A stretch of DNA of 64,000 bases, from positions 1 to 64,000 of IMG/VR virus record IMGVR_UViG_3300019776_000324. One strand, given 5' to 3'. Shown here in pieces: positions 8,804-15,583 of this stretch. The notes under the pieces were generated by a model. The model was not told the DNA's origin. It saw only the letters and a list, made by a program, of their open reading frames with translations, and did no database searches. Position numbers and translations under genes: made by a program. Positions within the stretch are counted from its first letter, which is position 1. The number at the start of each line of letters is the position of its first letter.

Positions 8804-9075
8804 CAGTAAAGTATGTTGACGGTTGGTACGAAATAGAGCATCTCCCGCCTAAAGAGATCTGGGCAGTTCATAGCAAAGAATGGGCATGGAAACCTAGACG
8901 AAATTGGTGTAGGAAAACATTTGCTCCGGGTGAATGGGAAATGCGCGATCCTATATATCATTACAGTATAGGTCCTAGCGGACCCGGTAAACGAATACTA
9001 TCAACTACACCATTAACCTGGCGATTCAAGCGTGAAGCTGATGCCTTGTTGTTTACCTTAAGGTGGGCCAAATGA
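8800..9075 (+). CDS. Small FxL[RK]W-family protein
   Basis: 'WCRKTF...EADALLFTLRWAK'. Confidence 0.75.
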   Translation: MTVKYVDGWYEIEHLPPKEIWAVHSKEWAWKPRRNWCRKTFAPGEWEMRDPIYHYSIGPSGPGKRILSTTPLTWRFKREADALLFTLRWAK

Positions 9076-9353
9076 ATGTTGCTATCCAGCGTGTAACCGA
9101 TATACTTGAAAATTTAATAGCCGAAGAGGCCGCAAAAGAAATGCAAGCAAGTATGGACTATGATGTGCTATGTGAAGTAATGATACCATTTGGTTATACT
9201 GCTGTCCAAATTGAGTACGGCAACAACAAGCGGTGGATTGATGTCATGGCATGGGTGGACAGCAACCGTGTTGGTGATTATCAAGAGCACAAAGGTAAAT
9301 GGTTGTTTAAAAATGAACAAGATGCTATAATGTTTAAGTTGAGGTGGGCCTGA
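9072..9353 (+). CDS. Small FxL[RK]W-family protein
   Basis: Ends EQDAIMFKLRWA. Confidence 0.75.
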   Translation: MNVAIQRVTDILENLIAEEAAKEMQASMDYDVLCEVMIPFGYTAVQIEYGNNKRWIDVMAWVDSNRVGDYQEHKGKWLFKNEQDAIMFKLRWA

Positions 9354-9544
9354 TGTTTGATGAAAAGAATCGTGTTATAGTATTATCCGCTGGCAGTACA
9401 CAACAGGAGAAACTTGATTGGTGTTGTGATCATTTGGCAGGAACGGTTATGTGCCATCCTATCACTTACGGTCTTGATGATGCTGAGATATGGTATTTTG
9501 AAACGGGTGAAGAATCTACTATGTTTGCGTTAAGGTGGGCATGA
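9353..9544 (+). CDS. Small FxL[RK]W-family protein
   Basis: 'WCCDHLAG...EESTMFALRWA'; TGATG overlap. Confidence 0.75.
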   Translation: MFDEKNRVIVLSAGSTQQEKLDWCCDHLAGTVMCHPITYGLDDAEIWYFETGEESTMFALRWA

Positions 9545-9780
9545 AGATAGAAACTACATGGGATAACCTTAATAAGGTCCCTTGGACAGCAATTAACCGA
9601 GCTGGTGACTATTATCATACGCATGTTAGATCTACAAAGGGTGCTTTCATTGATAGATTAAAGGCCGGTGCCGAATATAGCGCCTGGATGCGAAACAATT
9701 GGGGAATACACCACGAGCCTTTGGAATTCAAAATAGTCGATGAGAAAAAATACACCATGTTCTTGTTGAGGTGGGCATGA
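9541..9780 (+). CDS. Small FxL[RK]W-family protein (DEKKY subtype)
   Basis: Ends IVDEKKYTMFLLRWA. Confidence 0.75.
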   Translation: MKIETTWDNLNKVPWTAINRAGDYYHTHVRSTKGAFIDRLKAGAEYSAWMRNNWGIHHEPLEFKIVDEKKYTMFLLRWA

Positions 9781-10007
9781 AAGTAAAGAAAACCGATCCA
9801 ACCTTGTTTGTTGATCCGTATGGAGAAGCCAAACAGAAGTTGTTGAACCGAGGCTATGTTGCTATACCAGTGACTAAGAATCATAACTGGACCGGCATTC
9901 ATGAATGGTGCAAACAATATCTACACTTTGACTACACCTGGTTTGGTTTAGAATTTTGGTTTGCTGACGAACAAGATGCTGTGTTATTTCAGTTGAGGTG
10001 GGCATAA
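9777..10007 (+). CDS. Small FxL[RK]W-family protein
   Basis: 'WCKQY...EQDAVLFQLRWA'. Confidence 0.75.
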   Translation: MKVKKTDPTLFVDPYGEAKQKLLNRGYVAIPVTKNHNWTGIHEWCKQYLHFDYTWFGLEFWFADEQDAVLFQLRWA

Positions 10008-10177
10008 TGTCACTTAATCAAGATTATGCAGTTTCGTGTAAAAACATAACCAACGACCAATGGAACTGGTTGTGCAATACCATAGGAACTCCTACAAAAG
10101 ATTGGCACTATAACTTTGCACATATTTGGTTCTATAAAGAAGAACATAAGACTCTTTGGCTGTTGAGGTGGGCATAA
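10007..10177 (+). CDS. Small FxL[RK]W-family protein (56 aa, missing from ORF track)
   Basis: Translated by hand: MSLNQDYAVSCKNITNDQWNWLCNTIGTPTKDWHYNFAHIWFYKEEHKTLWLLRWA; TAATG overlap. Confidence 0.75.
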   Translation: MSLNQDYAVSCKNITNDQWNWLCNTIGTPTKDWHYNFAHIWFYKEEHKTLWLLRWA

Positions 10178-10178
10178 C

Positions 10179-10427
10179 ATGGCACAATTTTATCAAGGAC
10201 CACACTTTTGGGACAAGAGTACTTACGAAGTTACTGTAAAGACTACTCGGTATCGCGTTCGCCAAGTGTGGATTGATGATATGATCAAGTGGGCTAAAGA
10301 ACGAGAAATAAGCATTCACTGGCAAGGCGAAAGCACTCATGTCCACAACGATGATGAATGGCACGAAGCACACTTCTGCATTTACGACAGCAATGATCGT
10401 ATGTTATTTGCGTTGAGGTGGGCATGA
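10179..10427 (+). CDS. Small FxL[RK]W-family protein
   Basis: Ends NDRMLFALRWA. Confidence 0.75.
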   Translation: MAQFYQGPHFWDKSTYEVTVKTTRYRVRQVWIDDMIKWAKEREISIHWQGESTHVHNDDEWHEAHFCIYDSNDRMLFALRWA

Positions 10428-10723
10428 GTCTATCAAATCAAGCAAAGAATATAAAAGGTCACATGGATCTGTTTCCAGAAAAGTGGAACGATAACCGTGC
10501 CAAACGAGATAGATTTTGGGCGATGTTAAGACGGGTCAAATCAGACTATTTTACCCTAGTCAAAGATTTGGGCAACGATCCCGACGATGGAAGTTTTTAT
10601 ACATACATGCAGGATACCTATGGTATAAAACTAATATTAACAAACCGTGGTGAGATCACAGACATGTTTGAAGTTACAGATGAAAAGAAACAAATGATGT
10701 TTATTTTAAAATACGGATCATGA
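10424..10723 (+). CDS. FxL[RK]W-family protein (DEKK subtype)
   Basis: 'YGIKL...DEKKQMMFILKYGS'. Confidence 0.75.
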   Translation: MSLSNQAKNIKGHMDLFPEKWNDNRAKRDRFWAMLRRVKSDYFTLVKDLGNDPDDGSFYTYMQDTYGIKLILTNRGEITDMFEVTDEKKQMMFILKYGS

Positions 10724-10944
10724 TTAGAGTTAGTACCAAAGACGAAGCGTTTATGCAAGCATATCACAATGCTCGTCGTGCCTTACCGGTTGAAACTCTA
10801 GAAAGCCCCAGGCAGTATGGTGCTCGCTGGCGAGAAACATATTGTTGCAGAGTAGATGCAAACGGAAATAATAAGATAGACGAAACTTATTATGTCTTTG
10901 ACAACGATGAAGATTACACTTGGTTTATGTTACGATGGGGTTAA
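10720..10944 (+). CDS. Small FxL[RK]W-family protein
   Basis: Ends EDYTWFMLRWG. Confidence 0.75.
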   Translation: MIRVSTKDEAFMQAYHNARRALPVETLESPRQYGARWRETYCCRVDANGNNKIDETYYVFDNDEDYTWFMLRWG

Positions 10945-11159
10945 AGATCGCTGTCAAAGATTCAGCCGAAGCATTTGGCCTTAAAATGGAAGTAGACCGT
11001 CATGGCCTGCGTCCTGGTGCAGGATATACTTGGCGTTATACTCCAGCGGTAAGAGATTACTTTGGCCTCATAGCCGAAGAAGAGGATGTGGCTCGAGTAG
11101 AGTTTGAGTTTGACGATCCAAAGTGGGCAACATATTTTCAATTACGGTGGGCACAATGA
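10935..11159 (+). CDS. Small FxL[RK]W-family protein
   Basis: Ends PKWATYFQLRWAQ; start uncertain. Confidence 0.7.
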   Translation: MGLKIAVKDSAEAFGLKMEVDRHGLRPGAGYTWRYTPAVRDYFGLIAEEEDVARVEFEFDDPKWATYFQLRWAQ

Positions 11160-11470
11160 CAACTACAACAGTATATAATCTAGCAGATGGTAGTGTAGTA
11201 GAGCTAAAAACCAATCCAGGTGCAGCACCTATTGTATTCCTTAATGGTGTTATACAACAACCTGGAACTTATTCCTTGTCAGGAACAAATGTCATATTTG
11301 ATACACCGCAAAAAACATGGCAATGGCAACAGCATTATGCTTGGTTACCAAAGCGCATTAATGGTAAGTGGTATTGGTTTACTTATGTTTATCGTTACTG
11401 GTGTCTATCGCCTGGCGGAGGATTTTGGCGATATGGCGACGACTTTGACAAATTAAAGGACACCAAATGA
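11156..11470 (+). CDS. Chimeric hypothetical protein (virion-type beta repeat plus Trp-rich domain)
   Basis: 'VFLNGVIQQPGTYSLSGTNVIF' then 'WQQHYAWLPKRINGKWYW'. Confidence 0.65.
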   Translation: MTTTTVYNLADGSVVELKTNPGAAPIVFLNGVIQQPGTYSLSGTNVIFDTPQKTWQWQQHYAWLPKRINGKWYWFTYVYRYWCLSPGGGFWRYGDDFDKLKDTK

Positions 11471-11724
11471 GTTGGAAACCCATGGTAGACTATGAAGAAT
11501 CGGTTCCTCTAAAGCGTCGAGCAACCAAGAAAAAGGTTTGGGATGAATTGACTCAAACCTGGAAAGATGCTACAATATGGACTGTAATCTATAATCGTGA
11601 GCTAAAGGATTGGTTAGAAGAGACCTATCCTGGCAAGCAAGGGTGGGGCACTGCCTGGAGCGATAGCAAGATTATCATGGAAGAACCAGTTTACTTACAT
11701 TATTGTTTAAAGTTTGGAGCATGA
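11467..11724 (+). CDS. Small FxL[RK]W-family protein
   Basis: Ends VYLHYCLKFGA. Confidence 0.7.
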   Translation: MSWKPMVDYEESVPLKRRATKKKVWDELTQTWKDATIWTVIYNRELKDWLEETYPGKQGWGTAWSDSKIIMEEPVYLHYCLKFGA

Positions 11725-11951
11725 TGTCACCTTGGGAATACTTACGCGAGTGGAATCTAATGGAAAAGCCGGATTCACGCCGAGCCAGTAGAGAGTGGAT
11801 CAATCAAGAAATGCAGAGTCACTGGCCAGGTCCGTATCGTGTGGAACGATGCCAATCACGCTATGCTGGCACAGGTTGGCGTATTGATTACGAGATTAAA
11901 TTTGCGGATCCTCAAGAAGAAACAATGTTTAGATTAAAGTTTGGAGCATAA
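11721..11951 (+). CDS. Small FxL[RK]W-family protein
   Basis: Ends EETMFRLKFGA. Confidence 0.7.
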   Translation: MMSPWEYLREWNLMEKPDSRRASREWINQEMQSHWPGPYRVERCQSRYAGTGWRIDYEIKFADPQEETMFRLKFGA

Positions 11952-12334
11952 TGGATAGAGATTTAGAAGACGATCTTAAGAACGATGCCTTGGTCATGGA
12001 AAAGATCAAGGATCGTCGCTATGCTCAAAATGTCTATGCCGCACTGTGCAACATGCGTTGGCAACCTGAGGAAGTATGGCCTGTGCTCACTGATGAATAC
12101 TGGTCATGTAGTTGGCGCAGTGCTGGTGGGCTTGTAGCTGATCTTAGAGTTGACTTTAATGAAGATTACATGGATTGGTATTGTTCAGGTATTAGTGGAG
12201 GATTTGATTTTGAATCTGATGACGAAGAGCGTAATAAAGGATATGTTGCAGAAGGGGAAGTAACAGATGAAATTCGTGAAGATTTTGCTCGCTTGGGTTG
12301 GCATCCAAGTCCATGGCCTAAAGACGAGGTATAA
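11951..12334 (+). CDS. Hypothetical protein
   Basis: 'YAQNVYAALCN...WSCSWRSAGGLVA...YMDWYCSG'. Confidence 0.75.
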   Translation: MDRDLEDDLKNDALVMEKIKDRRYAQNVYAALCNMRWQPEEVWPVLTDEYWSCSWRSAGGLVADLRVDFNEDYMDWYCSGISGGFDFESDDEERNKGYVAEGEVTDEIREDFARLGWHPSPWPKDEV

Positions 12335-12338
12335 TAAT

Positions 12339-12572
12339 ATGTTTGTTAAAGATGTTGAAAAAATGATTATCGGCAGTTTAAAAGAAGTTATGAAGGATCG
12401 CAATCTTTTTTATAACTCAACTGTGGGGCCGGAGTACTGTCACTTAACCAACGAGGGTGCAAAGGCTATTACTGACATGTGTAATGTCTTACTACCTAGG
12501 TTGCTTAAAGCACAAGAGCTAGAAGATATTGAACGCAGTAAAATGATAGTTATGCAAGAACTTAAAAAATGA
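12339..12572 (+). CDS. Hypothetical protein
   Basis: ATG 12339 follows a GAGGT SD. Confidence 0.7.
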   Translation: MFVKDVEKMIIGSLKEVMKDRNLFYNSTVGPEYCHLTNEGAKAITDMCNVLLPRLLKAQELEDIERSKMIVMQELKK

Positions 12573-12835
12573 ACAGTCACGACCGTAGAGTTGTAGAGCG
12601 AGCATGGCCACACCATGTTTATCTGCACGATGGTGACAGTTTAGTTGAAGATTGTTTTGAATGGTTACACACAAATTTTGGTTCATGCCGTTGGACTGGC
12701 AAGCGCAATCCGCGCTGGTGCTGGCGTCCAGATATGGGTCAAGGCCCTAACTTTGTTATAATGCGACATGGTGTAGAAATATTCTTCCGTAAGAAAGAAG
12801 ATTACGCTTGGTTTATGTTAAAGTGGGATAGATGA
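12569..12835 (+). CDS. Small FxL[RK]W-family protein
   Basis: 'WLHTNFG...EDYAWFMLKWDR'. Confidence 0.75.
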   Translation: MNSHDRRVVERAWPHHVYLHDGDSLVEDCFEWLHTNFGSCRWTGKRNPRWCWRPDMGQGPNFVIMRHGVEIFFRKKEDYAWFMLKWDR

Positions 12836-13116
12836 ATTACTATTACGAAATTAGTGAAAAGTATGATGGCACTGTGTTTGGCGACCGGTGGCGTTACTGG
12901 TGCTTGGCCAACTGTAGCCCAGCTGAAGGTGGCAAAATGTGTTTTAAAACACACGACGAGTTTGTAGCTCGTAGCAGTCGTGTATGGTTAGAAAATGCCA
13001 ATGGTGTTTATCAAATCAAGCCCGACTGGTATGGCATGCGTGGGCAAGTGGATCCACATGAGTTTACTATGATTAAACTAAAATCACGAGTGTATAAATG
13101 GTGGTACGATGAATGA
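12832..13116 (+). CDS. Hypothetical protein (degenerate FxLK motif)
   Basis: 'HEFTMIKLKSR' near the C-terminus. Confidence 0.7.
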   Translation: MNYYYEISEKYDGTVFGDRWRYWCLANCSPAEGGKMCFKTHDEFVARSSRVWLENANGVYQIKPDWYGMRGQVDPHEFTMIKLKSRVYKWWYDE

Positions 13117-13450
13117 TGATGACATAAAAGCCTTGCATAACAAGCTACGAGGTTACAGCAAACAACTACCTGGGCAAGCCGGCGACGAATACTATGAAAG
13201 TCAGGCCGCTAGATTAGATACTATCATAGGTGGCGACACTGGCCACTTCCAACGCTTGCAACGAGTACGCAACGAATGGGACGAGCTAGCTAGAGCTGTG
13301 CCTGTTGGACAAGGTTTCTTAACATTCTACGACTATGTAAAAGAGTACTATGGTATCAAACTAATGTATGACGGCGATGATCTAAAGTTAGAATATAGTA
13401 TTATAGACGAAAAGAAGTACACTGTGTTCTTATTGAAGTTTGATAGATAA
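13109..13450 (+). CDS. FxL[RK]W-family protein (DEKKY subtype)
   Basis: 'YGIKL...IIDEKKYTVFLLKFDR'. Confidence 0.75.
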   Translation: MNDDDIKALHNKLRGYSKQLPGQAGDEYYESQAARLDTIIGGDTGHFQRLQRVRNEWDELARAVPVGQGFLTFYDYVKEYYGIKLMYDGDDLKLEYSIIDEKKYTVFLLKFDR

Positions 13451-13704
13451 TGCATATAAACAATTTTACTTTACCTACTCCGCCGCAGGAATTACTAGAC
13501 AAGTGTATTCAAGTTGCATTTGATGGTGAGGGCCGGTTTATGAGTAAAATGCGCCGCTGGTGTTACGATCATACAGAATCATTTGTATGGGCAGATCGTA
13601 TTGACATGAGCGATAGTAGCTACTGGACCGGCCCGGATGATTATGTAGTGTTTTATTTTTATAAAGAAATTGATGCTACACTATTTAGATTAAAGTGGCT
13701 ATGA
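13450..13704 (+). CDS. Small FxL[RK]W-family protein
   Basis: 'WCYDH...EIDATLFRLKWL'. Confidence 0.75.
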   Translation: MHINNFTLPTPPQELLDKCIQVAFDGEGRFMSKMRRWCYDHTESFVWADRIDMSDSSYWTGPDDYVVFYFYKEIDATLFRLKWL

Positions 13705-13925
13705 TTGATCGTAATCCACTGTTAACCATTCCTGTAAAAACCTACGCTCATTATAGTGAGTGCGAACCTTGGCTGTTGGCCAATGTAGGTGGCTGGAATG
13801 ACTTATGGTGGAGAGATTTTCAAGATGTTGCTATGCATGTGGCCTTAGGCGAAGGAACACAACCAGACTGCTATTGGTTTTGTCGTGAACAAGATGCCTT
13901 GATGTTTAGGTTAAAATTTCAATGA
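13701..13925 (+). CDS. Small FxL[RK]W-family protein
   Basis: 'WLLANVG...EQDALMFRLKFQ'. Confidence 0.75.
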   Translation: MIDRNPLLTIPVKTYAHYSECEPWLLANVGGWNDLWWRDFQDVAMHVALGEGTQPDCYWFCREQDALMFRLKFQ

Positions 13926-14143
13926 TATGGTCCATGATCATTGCCAAGGTCTTGACTACAGTGATGTCGTGGTTAGATGCTGGCAATCTACGCAACAAGG
14001 TTTACAAGCAGGCTGAAGAAGCAGAAATCATGATGACTGCCTTAGAAGATATTGAACGCATGAGCAAGGAAGACCGGATCAAACACTATGCTCGTACAGC
14101 AATTAACACAGTAAAAGGATTGCCCATTGAAGACGACTATTAA
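13922..14143 (+). CDS. Hypothetical protein
   Basis: ATGA-coupled ORF. Confidence 0.7.
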   Translation: MIWSMIIAKVLTTVMSWLDAGNLRNKVYKQAEEAEIMMTALEDIERMSKEDRIKHYARTAINTVKGLPIEDDY

Positions 14144-14468
14144 GCACAACTTGATTATCTTTCATCGTCCTAAAGAGTGGGATGAACTACAACAACGATT
14201 AATAGATGAATATGGTCGTAGTGTTATTCTGGTTCGAGACAAGTGTCGTCGTGAGCTGGGATTTACTCCCCGCCATCACAGGGGTTTAATTCCTTACCTA
14301 GACAAATGGGGACACGGCGTGGTAAGAAACTCTGGTGCTACCAAAGAGCAAGCTGACAAGTTTATTGCAGAAAATAAACACAAAATGGCCTACGACAATC
14401 AGGTACATTTAGACTTCTATAGCGAAGCAGCAATGAGCTGGTTTGTGCTAAAATATCTTAATGACTAG
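14127..14468 (+). CDS. FxL[RK]W-family protein
   Basis: Ends EAAMSWFVLKYLND; TTG start after AAGGA. Confidence 0.7.
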   Translation: MKTTIKHNLIIFHRPKEWDELQQRLIDEYGRSVILVRDKCRRELGFTPRHHRGLIPYLDKWGHGVVRNSGATKEQADKFIAENKHKMAYDNQVHLDFYSEAAMSWFVLKYLND

Positions 14469-14471
14469 CGG

Positions 14472-14500
14472 TTGACCAGAAATTCCATTTCGGTTATAAT
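14472..14500 (+). promoter_or_regulatory. Sigma70-type promoter (probable leaderless mRNA)
   Basis: TTGACC-17bp-TATAAT; ATG is 6 nt downstream and has no SD. Confidence 0.8.
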
Positions 14501-14506
14501 AGTAGT

Positions 14507-14797
14507 ATGAAAGTGATTAAATTAGACCGAAGATACGCCGGCTTTCCTAAGTGGAAGTATGCCTGCCAATTTCCTGTAAGAAATCACAATTATCGAAAAG
14601 AATATTTTAACTACGTTCGGACATTTAAAGAATTGTTTGGTGCAGAATCTCAGTCAAACCCTGACCGTAATACCGGCGATTGGTCTAAGCCTTTTTGGAT
14701 TTATAACGAGCACTGGTGCACTGACTTTCCTAAACAGCGAATTCTTGTTAAAGATCAAGCGGTTATAAGCATGATCATGCTGAAAATGCCCGGTTGA
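14507..14797 (+). CDS. Hypothetical protein (degenerate family member)
   Basis: Starts 'MKVIKLDRR' like 6003 ('MKFKIVKTDRR'); ends SMIMLKMPG. Confidence 0.7.
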   Translation: MKVIKLDRRYAGFPKWKYACQFPVRNHNYRKEYFNYVRTFKELFGAESQSNPDRNTGDWSKPFWIYNEHWCTDFPKQRILVKDQAVISMIMLKMPG

Positions 14798-14822
14798 CTC
14801 GAAATGCCCAAAATGCTATAAT
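14794..14822 (+). promoter_or_regulatory. Sigma70-type promoter
   Basis: TTGACT-17bp-TATAAT; the spacer (gaaatgcccaaaatgc) nearly matches the 3664 promoter. Confidence 0.85.
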
Positions 14823-14852
14823 ATTACATATAGTTAGAAATTAGGAGCAGAA

Positions 14853-15143
14853 ATGGACAAGATTTACTTCGTACTTGGGTTTACTTTGTTTTGGACTGTG
14901 GCTATTGTTCTGGCAGGTATTGTTCTTATGTATGTTTACCATGCTGTTAAAACCGTTCCAATGGCAATAGATTTTTTTCGCTGGTACCGATTTTATGCTA
15001 TTCGACATAATCCTGAATGGGAATCTCGAGTAGGTATTGTTCACAATTATATTGCGGCATTTATTAGTGTTTGGGATTACAACGAAAATACCCGTATCAC
15101 TCACCATGCTGGTGTAGTTTACAAACCCTACGCATGGAAGTGA
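14853..15143 (+). CDS. Hypothetical membrane protein
   Basis: N-terminal TM; AGGAG SD. Confidence 0.7.
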   Translation: MDKIYFVLGFTLFWTVAIVLAGIVLMYVYHAVKTVPMAIDFFRWYRFYAIRHNPEWESRVGIVHNYIAAFISVWDYNENTRITHHAGVVYKPYAWK

Positions 15144-15172
15144 TTGACCAAATAATCCATTTATAGTATAAT
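15144..15172 (+). promoter_or_regulatory. Sigma70-type promoter
   Basis: TTGACC-17bp-TATAAT-AGTTGTATAGT. Confidence 0.85.
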
Positions 15173-15200
15173 AGTTGTATAGTTAATAAAAGGAGCCCAT

Positions 15201-15530
15201 ATGTTAGAACGCAATTTAGATACTAGAGAAGCACCTACAAAATGGTGGGCGGCGCAAGATGCTCGCATGCGTAACTTGGCAAATAAAAGTCACTACGATG
15301 AGCAAACTCAAATTCGCGTTGAACGCATGATCATGGCCCTGGGTCTTTGCTACAATGCAAAAGGTATTCACGAAGCGTTTGGCAAGCGGGGTGTGAGTAT
15401 CAAAGTAGACCGTCCTACTTCAATCAAAGATCGCGTGAATCTCAAATTGCTAGAACAAGATTGGGAAGAGGCGGGTGTAACTAAAAAGGTAAGCCCACAG
15501 GGCGTTATCTATAGATTCTCTGCAGATTGA
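15201..15530 (+). CDS. Hypothetical protein
   Basis: AAGGAG SD and its own promoter. Confidence 0.75.
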   Translation: MLERNLDTREAPTKWWAAQDARMRNLANKSHYDEQTQIRVERMIMALGLCYNAKGIHEAFGKRGVSIKVDRPTSIKDRVNLKLLEQDWEEAGVTKKVSPQGVIYRFSAD

Positions 15531-15555
15531 CCTATAATTCCATTAATAGTATAAT
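15527..15555 (+). promoter_or_regulatory. Sigma70-type promoter
   Basis: TTGACC-17bp-TATAAT overlapping the upstream TGA. Confidence 0.85.
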
Positions 15556-15583
15556 AGTAGTATAGTTAATAACAAAGGCAGAT

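Larger units (their letters stand above)
7851..10427 (+). repeat. Dispersed gene-junction repeat TT(G/A)AGGTGGGC[A-TGA/TAA]
   Basis: TTGAGGTGGGC at 7851, 8789, 9339, 9766, 9993, 10163 and 10413; TTAAGGTGGGC at 9058 and 9530. A 24-bp exact repeat ATGTTCTTGTTGAGGTGGGCATGA lies at 8780 and 9757. Confidence 0.85.

Noticed and set aside
7851-10427. CRISPR array suggested by the recurring TTGAGGTGGGC repeat
   Set aside because: The repeats are only 11-24 bp, and the spacers are variable (170 bp to over 500 bp) and are intact ORFs. There are no cas genes.
6323-13695. ORF-track starts 'MGM/MGL/MEL' at GTG codons in the array
   Set aside because: These GTGs are part of the SD-bearing linker; the ATG 6-12 nt downstream has the correct spacing.
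5526-14797. Integron cassette array (GTTGAGG/GTTAAGG resembles the GTTRRRY core)
   Set aside because: The 7th base is a purine, no inverse core or attC hairpin is visible, genes overlap with no room for attC sites, and there is no integrase in the window.
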